Assembly (NCBI RefSeq): GCF_036321535.1 | Contig: NC_087447.1 | Coordinates: 49,478,001 to 49,542,000 of the forward strand | From: Camelus dromedarius | Lineage: Eukaryota | Direction of reading: 5' to 3' | DNA: 64,000 bases | Shown: piece by piece, positions 50,641-63,200 of the stretch | Numbering within the stretch: the first letter of the stretch is position 1 | Layout: the number at the start of each line of letters is the position of its first letter | Position numbers and translations under genes: made by a program | Notes under the pieces: generated by a model | What the model saw: only the letters and a program-made list of their open reading frames with translations | The model's database searches: none | What the model was told of the DNA's origin: nothing

Positions 50641-51503
50641 AGTCCAGCACCTGCACACCAGCTCTCATTTTTGTGGGACCCAGGCTGTCTGTGCTGGTCG
50701 CTTCTCCTCGCTGAGGCTCAGCGGGGCAGCCAGTCACCCTGTCTTCCTGAATCTGCCTTTTAGAAAGTGCCCTATACATGAGAGGTCCTCATGCTTAGAT
50801 CAGAGTCTTATTTCCAGAGCTGACATGAATGTCCTCAAGGGCAGTGACCATGACCTGACTGCCATCTCCCACAAACCTGGCTCTCCTTAAAGTCTCTTAC
50901 ATTCCAGCAGCATCTGCGAAGGGCCCTGGGTGGACCTCTGGTACACCAGGCTGATAGCCTCCTGGCCAGGCTAGCGCCAACTAGCTCAGGCTGAGCGTGG
51001 CCCACACAACTGGTTTTCTCTTCCTCTGCACCCCAACTTGGTCCACCTCTACTCATGCCCTCCTCTTGCCCCCTTACTCTGGGCCTACCAGTCACAGTGA
51101 CCCTCTTCGGGCTAAAGCCACCAGCATGCAACTTCAGCCCCCTGACATCTGGGCTGACAAATCACATTCCCTGCCTTCCACCCTTCCTATCATTTTCCAC
51201 AAAGGGCATCTCTGGGGCCCTTTCCAGAGGGCAGGAACCAGGTTCTGGAGGGGCTCAAGGTAGGGGTGTTGAGGAGAGGGCAGGAGACTGAGAGCAGGGA
51301 GACCTGGGTTCTGGGCCTGGCCTGGCCACTGAAAGGCAGGTCGGCCCCCTCTTTAGGCTCGGGGTCTTCATTTGTCAGGTGGGGATACTGTAGCCAGCCC
51401 AGACTGCCTGTGTGATGAATGGAGATCCCAGTGAGCAGGATCTGATGGGGCTTTGTAAACTGTAAAGTACTGAACCACGTGATGGGGCCTAACCTCATCT
51501 TAC

Positions 51504-51587
51504 CTGTTCTTCCTACTCAGTCTGGCACATGTAGAGTCTGTATACTAAGACACTGTCCATCATTTATGGAGGGCTGGCCACAGCCCT
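51504..51587 (-). other. GDPD5: Candidate non-coding 5'UTR exon of GDPD5 (84 nt)
   Basis: Strong donor CAG|GTAAGA (intron starts at 51503) and acceptor cttggccttgtag| (51588-51589). Size and distance from the ATG exon agree with my unverified recollection of a short untranslated second exon in human GDPD5. Confidence 0.5.
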
Positions 51588-53599
51588 CTACAAGGCCAAG
51601 ATTCCCAGTCCGTTCTCTCACTTAATCCTCTTAGCCTCCCATTCCAAGTACGTTCTACAGATGGCAAAACCAAGGCTCAAGGGGGTTTGGGTGCCGTGCT
51701 CAAGGGCACAGCTAAGCAAGTGGCAGAGTCAGGATTCATACACTGTCTGTCTCCCAAGCCAGTCTAGACAACATAAAGCCAGTCACCAACACGTATTTCC
51801 TGAGCTCTCCTGTGTGCCAACAGAGCCCCGAGGCCATGGGACAGACCTGCTGGAGGAGCCCACAGTCCACAGTACAGACAGACGTATGGAGAGTGCATGT
51901 GAACAAAGGTATCCTGCCTGGGGAGGGGCACGAGAGAGCCTTGTTGGTGGATCAAAGCTGCCTTGCCTCCCAGCCTAGCCCACCATAGGCAGCAACAGAT
52001 ACTCAGGAGTGGAGCAAACTTGTTTCCCCTGTACCCACCACTCAGCCAGCACCCGCGTGCCTGCCCCTGGGAAGGGCAGGGCCCTAGACAATTCAGACGA
52101 CCTCCTCCTCCTCCAGGACCACCACACTATGTCCACCTCTACCCTGGGGTCTGTGGGTTCCCCAGGCCTTAGGATAGGGTGCAGCCTTGCAGCAGACTAG
52201 ACAGTAAGCCTGGCAAAAGTAGGATCCTGTCCATCTGAGCACAGAACCCCTACACAGTAGGTGTTTAATAAACTGTGGTCAGAGAACTAATGACTAAATA
52301 GCAGTGACTGACCACTGTGATGCCCAGCTCAGTTCCTTGTGACCACTAGGCAGTTAGCTCAGGTTTCCAATCAGACTAGGGCTGGTGGGGGCCGGAGCAG
52401 AGCTGATAAAGGGTAAGGTGCTCAGATAAGCAGCCATGGTGGGGGCAGGGCAGTGGGACCCAGCCCCCTTACCTCCACCCTTTTGCTATGTGATCAGGAG
52501 CAAATCACTTCACCTCTCTGGTATGAGTCAAGCAGGGATTAAGATCACATTGAAATCATCTGATTTTAGATGGGTGCATATGAAACTTTGGTCAGAAACA
52601 TGCGGCACAGAGGCTCAGAGAGGGCAGGTGACTTGGCCAAGGTCACACAGCAGGTGATAAACTCTAGACTAGAACCCAGGCCTGTCTCACTCTGTGGGGC
52701 TAGACTCCTAGAGGCCAGATTAGGGTGACATCCTTTGTGATATCACAGGTGCCAGAAAGGGTTTGGGACAAGTTCATCAGGCTCATATCACCAGTTAAAG
52801 CCATCATCATCAGAGTCCTCAAGAAGCACAGTTTGTTTATTAGTTCCTGGGACACACTGACCAACACGAGTTTCATAAGCGATCCCTGAGCACTTTCTAT
52901 GGAAAAAGCCCAGTAGACAGAGTTGGGTAGGCTGGGCTGGGCAGAAAAACCAAATTAAGTTCAGTTGGGGATGGGCCCCTGGGACCTCAGTTTCTTCCAT
53001 GGTGCTCACTGCCTCCATGGTCCTGACCAAACCTCTGCCCATAGCCCTGTGCTATCCCCTGATCTTCACTGATCCCCTCTGGGAGGTGTAGGCAGGGCTG
53101 GAGGCAGGGTGGCATGGAGACAGACTTCCCCAGAAGGGGCTATCAGGGCATCAGACCCTGGGCAGGGCTGGAGAGATTATCCAAAGCCAAGTGGTGGGAG
53201 AGAACCCCAAGGGCCGGGGCCAGGGGAGCTCTGAGAAATTCTGCCTCTGGAAGCTTAGAGACAGTGAGCCAGTGCCTGGGGTCGGGGGGACAGTGAGGGC
53301 ACAGGGCAGCTCTCAGAAGGTCCTGCCTGCTGCTGACCACACAATTCTGGGCACCCATTCTGCACCCCCTTTATAACAGGTGAGAAGAGCTGACACTTAC
53401 TGGTGCTTCCTCTGAATCAGGTTCTGCATAATTGGCATCCCATTTGCTCATCACATGAAATCCAAACACAAATCCTCAGGAGAGGCCTCTGTTCTTTCCA
53501 CCCACCCCTGGGATCCCTTTGCCATTCAGGGTCAGACCAGGTTGTACCTTCCCACCCAGCCTCCCAACAGCCAACATCTGTGAAGGCATGTGGACAGAC

Positions 53600-53871
53600 T
53601 GCCCTCAGGCTGCCTGAATCCCTTTACCAGTGACCCTCAGGCAAGGTCTAAGTTTCCCAGCATTCTTGCCCCTGGCAGCCAGCTCTAGGGACTCAGCCAG
53701 GTTTCCCTCCCAGGGCTTGGCTTGAAGTCACTCTTGCTTCTCCTTCTCTTTTCTTGGTTCTACTTTCCCTATTCCCTTAGGTTTTGTTTTGTTTTTAAAC
53801 TTCCTAATAAATCCCTCTCAAACAAATCCTTGTCTCTCAGGGTCTGCTTTTTAGACCCTCCAACCTCAGAC
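53600..53871 (+). mobile_element. Old ERVL-class LTR 3' fragment
   Basis: aataaatccc...tctcagggtctgcttt...aacctcagaca resembles ERVL-type LTR 3' ends; subfamily uncertain. Confidence 0.45.
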
Positions 53872-54988
53872 AGCCATGACATAGATGCTGTTAATCTTCC
53901 CATTTCAGAGATGAGGAAACTGAGGCTCAGAGACTCAGACTTGTCAAAGATGCCCCATGTGGCAAGCCACAGAACAGGGACTTGAATTGAGGTCAACTCC
54001 ATGCAAAGCCTGAGCACTGACCCCTTCGGTCCACTGCCAGCACAATCTGAGCCTGTTTACATCCCAAACGCTGTCCCCTCCAGGCCATCTGAGTTAATTT
54101 TTCCTCTTTTTTCCTACTGGAAGGAAAGCAGGAGAATCTGTAGATGATCCAAGGAGGATGACTAAGTCCTCAGATTCCTCTCGTTGGCTCAGATCCTGTT
54201 TTGGTCAATCCTTGCGAATCAGGGCGGGTCTGACATTCTGGGAATGCAGGGAGTCTTCAAACCAATTTCATGAAAACAAGTTGTAAAAGCCCTGGCCCCC
54301 ACTCAAAGAGGCCTGCTGAGGAGCTTGGCTCCATGGAGCAGGGCTGAACAGGTTCACCGGTAGGGAACGCACAGCAGGAAAGACTAAGGCTAGACCCAGA
54401 AGAAGAACTTCCCGATAATTGGGAGCTGGCCCAGGGATGGGATTGCCCTCTTTGGAGGCAGAAGAATCGATGTTCTGACATTCCCAGGCCTGACTTGTTT
54501 GAAGTGTCTAAGAAGCCACTTTGGTGAGCACTGAAGACACAAACCACGGAGACCAACTCTGCCCAGCCCTGCGCTTCAACTGCTGACCTGGAACCTGGTT
54601 TATGAGGATGCTGAGTTTGTGGGGCTTCTGCCTCCTAGGAGGTCAAAAGTCTCAGGACCCCCAATCCTCCCCACACCGAGCATGGATGGAGGCCCTGGAG
54701 CCTGGCAAAGCTCAGATCTGCCATCTGGTCACCTCCTCTGCCCCTGCCCTCTGCATCCATCCCTCCAGGAAGAGCTCCCCTTGGGCACCCTCCTGGCACT
54801 GCAGCAACCACAGCAGGTGTTTATAAAAGTGCATCTCCCTCCTGCAGCTCCTGGCTCCTGCCGGACAGCAATAAACCAGCCCAAGTCTCATCCAGTTCAT
54901 CCCCCTCCACCCCTTTCCAGCTAGCACTCCCTTCTCTTATTCTCATCCAAATTTCTGAAAGAGTTGTCAACACTCAGCACTCCACTTC

Positions 54989-55497
54989 TGATACAGGAAA
55001 ATTGGGCGTAAGAGGATCGCCATGCCCTAGGTCTCGGTTGAGTCCCTGGGACATACCCCGCCAAGTGAGGGTCCTTGGCTTCAGAGTACAGGCCGTCTCA
55101 GAAAGCAAGAGAAAGGCCATGAGGTGCGGGGTCGGGCGCTTAGTTTAAAGTAAAAGGGAATGAGAGGCCGCAGGGTTGCTGGTTTTTGAGGGCTTGGTAG
55201 CTTCATACGCTAACAAGTGGGAGGATTATTCCAACTACTTTGGGGCAGTGGTTGGGATTCCCAGGAAATGGGCCACCACCCACTTTCTGACCATTTATGG
55301 TTAGCCTCAGAATGTGTAATTCACCATGCTAATACATTACAATGAGCGTCTAATAAAGCCCAAGGTCTACTAGGAGTCAAATCTCCCGCCATCTTGGGCC
55401 TCAGGGTCTATTGGGAATTGAATTCTCCACCATCTTGGTGCTAATTGTTGTGTCATTCTTTTAATGATTGTGCCCTGCCCTCTTCCTTCCAGTCTCA
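54989..55497 (-). mobile_element. MER41-like ERV1 solo LTR (509 bp)
   Basis: TG...CA termini with an imperfect inverted repeat (TGATACAGGAA / TTCCAGTCTCA) and a 4-bp TSD CTTC (54985-54988, 55498-55501). Internal blocks (gctaacaag..ggattattc, catgctaat.catta.aat.agcgt.taat, cgccatcttgg) match the reverse strand of recalled MER41 consensus. Confidence 0.8.
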
Positions 55498-55509
55498 CTT
55501 CCTCCTTCC

Positions 55510-56380
55510 AACCTGTTGCTAAACCCACCGCCCTCTGCTCCCACCAAGTTCAAGCACACCCTCCATGTGAGGAAGCTCCCTGGACAGTCCTCAGTCCTTC
55601 CTGACACCGTGACCCTCACTCACCCTGCTTCTGGAAATGTCCTCCTTCTCTAGCTTCCAGGACACCAGTGGTTCTGGTTTCCCTCCTCTCTCTCTGGCTG
55701 CCCCCACCCAGCCCTGAGCTGGCTCCTCCTCGGCCCAGGCCTTCGCTCTTTATCCTAAGCTTTTTCCTCCTCCCCTGACCTTCACACTCCCCAAGGGCAA
55801 TCCCACCCACTGCTGGGGCTTCAGCCACCCCTCCCTGCCTGGACCAATTGCAGGGCCCTGGTAACCAATGACCTGGCTGGTTGTCTCAACCAGGACATCC
55901 CACAGGAACCTCACACCCACAGTGGCCGAATGGGAACTCACATTCCCCTAAAACTGCTCCTCTCCCTTCCTCCCATCTCAAGGCGCCTCCATTCTCCCGT
56001 TTTCCAGGCGTGGAAGATGAGAACCACCCTCCTTACCTCCCTCTCCTTCAAGCCCCCAAATCAGACCTGGCACCAAGCCCTGCTCTGCTCTCTGCCCTCT
56101 CCCTTCATCTCCCACCAGATGTCTCTCACATCTCCCTCTGCTCAGATTCCTCTTACAGGAAGCCTTCCTTGACTCTCCTGACAGACTTGGGCTGGCTTTT
56201 CCAAGCCAAGGTGTGCCCGGTACAGCCCTCAGTTCAGCAACCACACTAGTGTCCGGCTGCGCATCTGATGGCCCCAGGCTGGTTTCAGAGGTGCAAGGCC
56301 AGGGCCTGGTCTCTGGGTCCTGACATCCAGGCTGAACTCAGCACAGAGAGGCCCCAGGAGAGGTTTCTCAAATCTGGGAA
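55510..56380. mobile_element. Degenerate L2-like fragment(s)
   Basis: Pyrimidine-rich with motifs ttctggtttccctcct, gtctcaac.ggacatcccacagg.acctca, caggaagccttccttgac. Confidence 0.55.
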
Positions 56381-58424
56381 CTTATCTTTCTGCTGAATTT
56401 TCCCCACTGGTGAGGTCTGGATCTCCCCACAGCCTACAGGCCCCCTGGGGCAAGGGCTGTCTCTGCTCTGCCCTTCTTCAGGGCTTAAAACACATGAGCA
56501 CTTAGTACCCTTTCAGAAGACGTTCTAACCTTACATGCATTTTCAAGGAGATGTCACATGGGGCCTGCACATACATATACTCAGACATACAAAAATACAC
56601 CAAACACACAATCACAGACAGATCCAGGTAAATACTCATGGGCACGCTGGCTCATGGAGGTATGTGAAGATGTGCAGACAGGCTCTCATAGACACAGCTT
56701 CCTGGAAGCAGCATGGACTTGGGCCACTGCCTCTCTGTGCATCAAGGGCTCCAGGAGTCAAGGCTGGCTCAGCATGGGATTCTACAGCTGCAGTGCAGGG
56801 GTTTGGGGAATGCTTGGCCCTAGAGGACCTCTAACTTCCTCAGCCCTTCCTTCCCTCTCAATTTTCACAAACTCTTCCTCCAGGAAGCCCTCCTTCATCA
56901 TACCCTTCCTCTCAGTTCTGGGGGAGGAGGCTGACCCCAGAAGGGATGCTGCCTGGATCCTACCTCAATCTTTCCCTTCTCATACGCAAGGGGAGGGCTG
57001 CACCAGCCCAGAGCTTTCAGGATCAAGATCCTCTACTTTCCCAGCCCCAGTCCTGCCTCGCCTCCAAATCACAGCTCAAATGTCCCCTCCCAGTAACCCT
57101 TGGCAGTTCCCTTTCCCAGATGTGGCACCAGCATTAGAGAGATAAGAACTCAGCACTGGTGAATTCATTTAATCCTCAGGACAAGCTGCTGGGGTCGGTG
57201 TTCTCACGCTCCTTTTACAGATGAGAAAGTCATGGCTCAGAGAGACGACATTGACTTCCCCAGGGCCACATAACTGTGCAGCCTTTCTTTTCTTTCCTTG
57301 AAATCATCTTCCCAGCCATGACTTCCCTCAGGAGGGAGCGCTGGCCTTAGAGTGGGGGACAGATGGCCTGGCAGGGAGGAGCTCTGAGCACCACCGCACC
57401 TGGCTGCAGCCACGTGAAGGGCCTGTGGCTGCTCCTTCACCAACTTGCTGTGGGATGTGGGGCAAGTCACTGGACCTCAGTTTCCCCACCTGCGATGTGA
57501 GGGAGGCTGGATACCACAGCCTTTGGGATAAGTTCCATTTGGACCCTGCAAGGCTGCAGAGAAGGAAGGGTCGTGGGAAGGGGAGACCACAAGGGGTGCA
57601 GGGGCTGCTCTCTACAATGGGGTTGGGGCCAGAGGAGGCGGCCACTGGGTGTTCTCCGGCCCTGCTGGCTGCCCCAGGGTTGGCTGCCAGACTCCCCTCC
57701 CTTCTGCCAAGGCAGCCACCCTCCCACCCTTCTATCTTCCTCTGTAGGAAAGCCAATCTGAGCAGAGAAAAAAAATGCTGAAGTATCTGATATACTGGAA
57801 GGGGTTGGAAAGCAAGACAGGTGGGTGTACAGAGCACATGCAAAGCTGATGTAAACACCCCAGGCAAACACCTGGGTATAAGCTCCATCATTCCTGTCGT
57901 CTCCCTACACTCGATCCCAGCCCAGGAGCTCCCCAAGTCCTGCTGATTCCACCTTAGAAGTGGCTCCTCCAGTGGGGCACTCCAGCCCCTAATACCCCAG
58001 CCAAGGGCTCCCTGGAACCTACACGGGATCAAACAAACCCCATATACAAAGCCTTTCTCAGTCTGACCTCAACTCTCTTTCCTGGGTTCCTCGTCCTCGC
58101 CACAGGGGAGCCCCAGCCACTTGGAGCTAAGTCCCTGCCCCAGCTCCACACCTTTACACAGCTAGTTCCCTCTGCATAGAATGCCTTCCCACTTGCCTCT
58201 GCTTGTTGACTCCTATAGATCCCTCAGTACCCAAATGAGAAATGCTGCTGGTTAGTGAACCAGATTCTAAGGTGGTGGGAGTCACATCTTGAAGTCAGCA
58301 CATCACAAGTGAATTGCATATGGTCCAAATCACCCTTGACTATATATAGCTACCGTTTATTTACAATGCCTAGGCATTGTTCTAGATATTTCCTGTGTTT
58401 TGATTCATCTAACGCTTACAACCC

Positions 58425-58901
58425 TGGCAGACTACATTTCCAAAGACATAAGCAGCAATATCTCCCATCCCATATGCTCTTCTCGTAACTCTGACACTCT
58501 AGCCATGGAGAGGTGGGGTCTATGTTATTACCCCCCCACTTGAATCTGGGAGGGCTTGGGACTAATGGCTGAAGTGGCACTACAAAAACTTCCAAGGCCA
58601 GGTCATCAAATGGGATGCAGCGTCTGCTCATTTAATGGAACACTTCCGCTGGAGCCCTGAGCCACCATGCAGACAGTCAGACAAACTGACTGCTCTGAGG
58701 CTGCCAGACTGTGGGGAAGTGCAGATGAGCCTGTGGAGAGAAATGAAGCCCTGAGACCACGTGAGTAACCCTGAGCCAGAACCGCTTGGCTGAGCCATCT
58801 TAAATGCTGACCTATAGGAACTGGGGGTAATAAAATGATTGTTCTTACATAAAGTCACTAAGTTTGGGGGTGACTGGTTATGTAACAATAGTAACTGGAA
58901 C
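58425..58901 (+). mobile_element. MLT1 (G/H/J-like) MaLR LTR
   Basis: tggcaga...cacttgaatctggg..ggc...ttccaaggc.aggtcat...ctgagccaccatg...aataaaatg.ttg...cactaagtttgggg..g...ttatgtaacaatagtaactggaaca. Confidence 0.8.
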
Positions 58902-59804
58902 ATCATTACACCCTCTTTAAAGAGGAAGAATCCAAGGCACAGAGAGGTTAAGCACCTTGCCCAAAGTCACACAGTTGGTAACCAGCAGAGTCAGGATTTG
59001 AATCCAGGCAGTTTAGCCTCAGAGTCCACACTATGCACTGCCACATCATACTAGGTTTCTCCAAGGTCTGATTGGTCTCCAGGCCCATGGCAGGCCTCAG
59101 GGAGCAGTTGCTGAATAAAGGAGCAAGGGACAGAATAAGCAAAAGAACCGTGGAATGAGTGTAAGAGAAAGCAGAGTGAGCTCCCAGAACCATGCAAATG
59201 AATCTAACATGAGCCCCTTGTCATCTGGAGAAGGCGGTGATCAGAGAAGCCTGGCAGATGCCACCCACCTCTGCCCTTCACAGACGAGCCCGAGATGCTG
59301 TCTCCCTGCTCCCCGCCTGCCCCAGCCTGCATGCCGCAGGGTTATCCCCCAGAGAGCCCGTCTCTCCTAAAGACATGGCCTGCGGATCCTGGAGACTGCA
59401 GCGAGAAGCTTCCCAGGTGGGGAGGCTGGAGACCTTGGCTGTGTGAACTTGAGCAAGCCCCTCTGATCCCAGATGCCCTTGAGTGACACTGTTCTGACTC
59501 ACCAGATGCTGAGCTGGCCTAGTGGGTGGGGGTTGAGGTGAGCTTCAGTGTGTGGGTCCTATAAACCCCAAAAGAGATGTGTCCCCAGGAGGAAAGTGGA
59601 TAATGAGAATGAACCTCTCGCCTCCCCTCCACTCACCCGGAGCTCATGCATGCTCGGCATTTTCCTATGCACCATTCCTAATCCTTGCAGCAAGCCCATT
59701 AGGCACAAGGGGAAGTGACAAAGGACCTCAGGCTTACCACTCAAGTGATGCTGGTAACCAGGATCTGACCCAGGCCCATTCAGCTTCAAAACTCCCACTC
59801 TTTT

Positions 59805-60248
59805 TACAATAGCAAGTGGTAGAAGCAACTTAAGTATCTATTGACGAACAAATGGATAAACAACACGTGGTATACATGTACAATGTCATGTTATTTGGTC
59901 TTAAAAAGTAAGGAAATCTTGTCACACGTTAACAACATGGATGAACCGCGAAGACATTATGCCAAGTGAAATAATCTGCTTGCAAAAAGACAAACACTGC
60001 TGTTCCACTTATCTGAGGCATTTAGAGCAGTCAAATCCACTGAAACAGAAAGTAGAGTGGCGGCGGCCAGGGGCAGGTGTGGGCACAGGGAGCTGTTGTT
60101 TAGCCGGTATAGTTTCAGGTTTTTGAGATGAAAAAGTTCTAGAAATCTGTTGTTGCAACAATGTGAATATAGTTAACACTAGTAAACTATACACTTAAAC
60201 ATGATTAAGATGGTAAATTTTAAGTTATGTGTTTGCTTTTTAACCACA
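59805..60248 (+). mobile_element. L1MB-like 3'UTR fragment
   Basis: aatggataaacaa...catggatgaacc..gaagacattatgccaagtgaaataa...gatgaaaaagttct.gaaat...acacttaaa..tg.ttaagatggtaaatttt. Confidence 0.85.
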
Positions 60249-63200
60249 GTTAACAAAATTCCCACTCTTGGTGTAGAGAGGGAGATGAGGAGGGGCTTTA
60301 GTGGCGAGAATCCAGGCAGGCTTCACAGAAGAGGGGACATTTGAGTTGGGCAGGATTTGGGCAAGCATACTTGAGTTTGGGGCACTACAGACAGAGCCTT
60401 GGCCTTTGGCCCTTGCCTCCCGGCCTCCATTCCAGGATCCAGCTGACTCCATCCCTCAGTCCACCCCAGGCTCCCCACACAGTGACCCACAGGGGAGCAG
60501 GCACTGGCCTGGACTAAAGAAGGGATTTCTTGAACCCCTACTACGTGCTCCCAGACCCCCTTACTTAGTGAACTTGGGCCAGTCCCTGTCCTTCTGGGGC
60601 CTCAATTTTCCAGTCTGTACAATCAGAAGGTCACCCAGGATTCCTTCCGATTCTCACACTGGGAATAATATCTGAGGAGGAGGGGAGATGGGAGGCATCA
60701 GGAAACTGCAGAGAGTTGGGACCAGGACACTCCTAGTCAAAAGACCAGGAATCATGATCCTGCCTCAGGTGTCCTCTGCCCACTTCCCAGAAGGGGACTG
60801 TGAGACCCAAGGGGGTTTGGTTTCACTCCAACTCTACCAACAGGTGCTCACACCTACCATGTTTGGGACAAGATCACCATCTCCCCTCTTAGCCCAGTAC
60901 TGGAGTAACATAAGGTAAAGCACAATTCACTGCCCTGGAGACAAAGTCCTCCATGCCCAGGGCTCTTTCCAAGAATTCTGACTGTTACCTCTCCTCGGAC
61001 TCAGGAATCCTTTGTCCCCAGAAAGAACAAGGTAGGACAGTCCCTGGTTCCAAGCCCAGATCTGCCAAATACTAGCTGGGCTTCAATGTCCTGGTCTGCA
61101 CTGTGGGGACAAGCGTGCCTCCCGAACCACCCCTGGGAGGGTTAGAGGAGGCAAGGGCACAAAATGCTGAGCCCAGGGTCTGGCATACAATAGGTGCTTA
61201 ATAAATGTCCACTACCATCCGCTCTCTCTTTGAAGACAAAGCCATTTTCATCCATCTGTTTGTTCCACTCAGAGCTGGTTTGTTTGTTTGAATTCTTCCC
61301 AGAAGAGATTTTCCCCAGCGTTCCAGGGGGAATGCTGAGTGATGCTCCCCAGCTAGCCCCAGGGAGAAGGGAGGAGCAATGAGCTTTACTTGATGGAAAA
61401 AGTAAAATTATCGTCACATGGAAATGGGAGTGAAGTCCTGGGGAAGCCCGGAGGCTGCCCCAGTACCCTTCACCCACTCTCTCCTTCCGCCACCTAGGAG
61501 GACCCACAGTGGCCCCAGGTCCTGCTTCCTAAGCTCCCCAAGGCCTGTCTGGGAGGCCTGATATGATCAGGCTGCTACTTAAATCGCACAAAGCCTTCTC
61601 TATTCTTAGCTGACCAGGGGCGTAGCTCCCTCCCAGCTGCCTGTCAGCGCCACCAGCCCCAGTGGTGTGGACCTGGGGGTCAGTCATGACCACAAGGAGG
61701 TGGTGGGTGACCTGACTGAAGCCTGAGCCCTGCACGAGAGGGCTGCAGAGTGAGCTTCCACCCTGGGGTATCCAGGGGGGCTGCCTAGGCTGGATGGAGA
61801 TCCAGATCAGATGACCCCTAAGGCCACTTCTGAGTCCAGCCTGCTTCTCAAAGTCTTGATTTCAAAGGGCCAAGAGTCTAAGGTTCCATGATCCAGTGCT
61901 TCCAAGATTTGGGAATAGAACGATTCTGTAGCTCTAGAGGATAAGTTTCTGAGATGCTAACAAAGATCTGCCACTGGGCTCTAGCATGTGCACCTCCTCT
62001 TTCTCTTAAGAAGCAGAGGATGGCGGGCTCTATCCTGACTCTGGGGCCCCTGGCACAAGCCACACACACAGCCCTGGTGGACTCAGCTGCTCCCCCTCCC
62101 CCCAGATCTGCTGGGGGCAGGAGTTCCTGGGGCACTTCTGGACCCTGCAGGAGAAACTGGGAAAGGAGGAGAGGACAGGTAGAAGCTGCCCTGAGGCCCA
62201 CCATCACCAGACACTGCTGGGCAGAGCGTCCATTATAACTGTGTGCCCTGTGCAGGCAGGGCCACCGTAATCCCATCAGGCAGGCTTAGGGAGGCTCTGT
62301 GATCTGCCCAAGATCAAGGCTGGGATGTGGAGGAGCCAGGGTGAGAACCCCAGGCCTGGCTGACTTCAGAGATCATTCCTGGCTTCACACTGCTTTGCTT
62401 CAGCCCACAGCTTCCCAGGACCACCTCTCCCAACGTCCTCTTTTAGATGGAAAACCAAAGTCCAGACAGAGAAAGGGCTCAAGGTCACAGAGAATTCTGG
62501 GGGCAGAGCCAGGCAGAACTGTTTCCACTGACTGTCCCTCATCCCTTGACCATGTCCCTGCCACTGATCCTTCCCTGGATTCCCGCTCTCTGCCCACCCG
62601 GAAGCAGGCTCCAGGGGCAGAGCTGTCTCCTGCTCCCTCAGTTCCCAGCACAGCAACTGCTCCATGGGGTCATCTGAGGGACGAGCTGAGAATCAGGGGA
62701 TGGGACAGTGGGTCACAGCCTCCTGCCCAAGGCTGGCCAGCTGAGCATAGGGCTGACAAGGTCTGGCTAGGGCTGACCTGACACGTGTGGGGAGTTCATG
62801 GGGGTGCTTGTCAGGCTAATTAACCCCCCCCCCCCACTAAGGAAAGCACATCAGGCTGTACTTGGCTGGCTTTCACAGAGCCTGCTGGTCACCGGAACAG
62901 GGAGCAAACGCAGCCTCGGCTTCCAGAGCCACTGGCCGGCAACCCGGGCGCCCTCCCAGACGCCCCCGAATGCCTACTATGCATCAGTAGTGCTTTTACT
63001 CTGATAATTTTACAGGTAATTTCTCATCTGAATCTCACAACCTTGAGAGTTAGGAGTCCTTTATCTCCCTTTCACAGGAACAAGGAGGTCAGGGACTCAC
63101 CCTAGGTACTGGTAAGCATGCAAAGTCAGGACTTGCACCCAGGGCTGCCGGGCTGCCAAGACTCACCTGGTCCCAGAGGGAAGTTCTCCAGGGCCCCGGG

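Noticed and set aside
62890..62975. Small CpG cluster as the GDPD5 main promoter
   Set aside because: Under 100 bp and not a CpG island; the true first exon probably lies beyond the right edge of the window.
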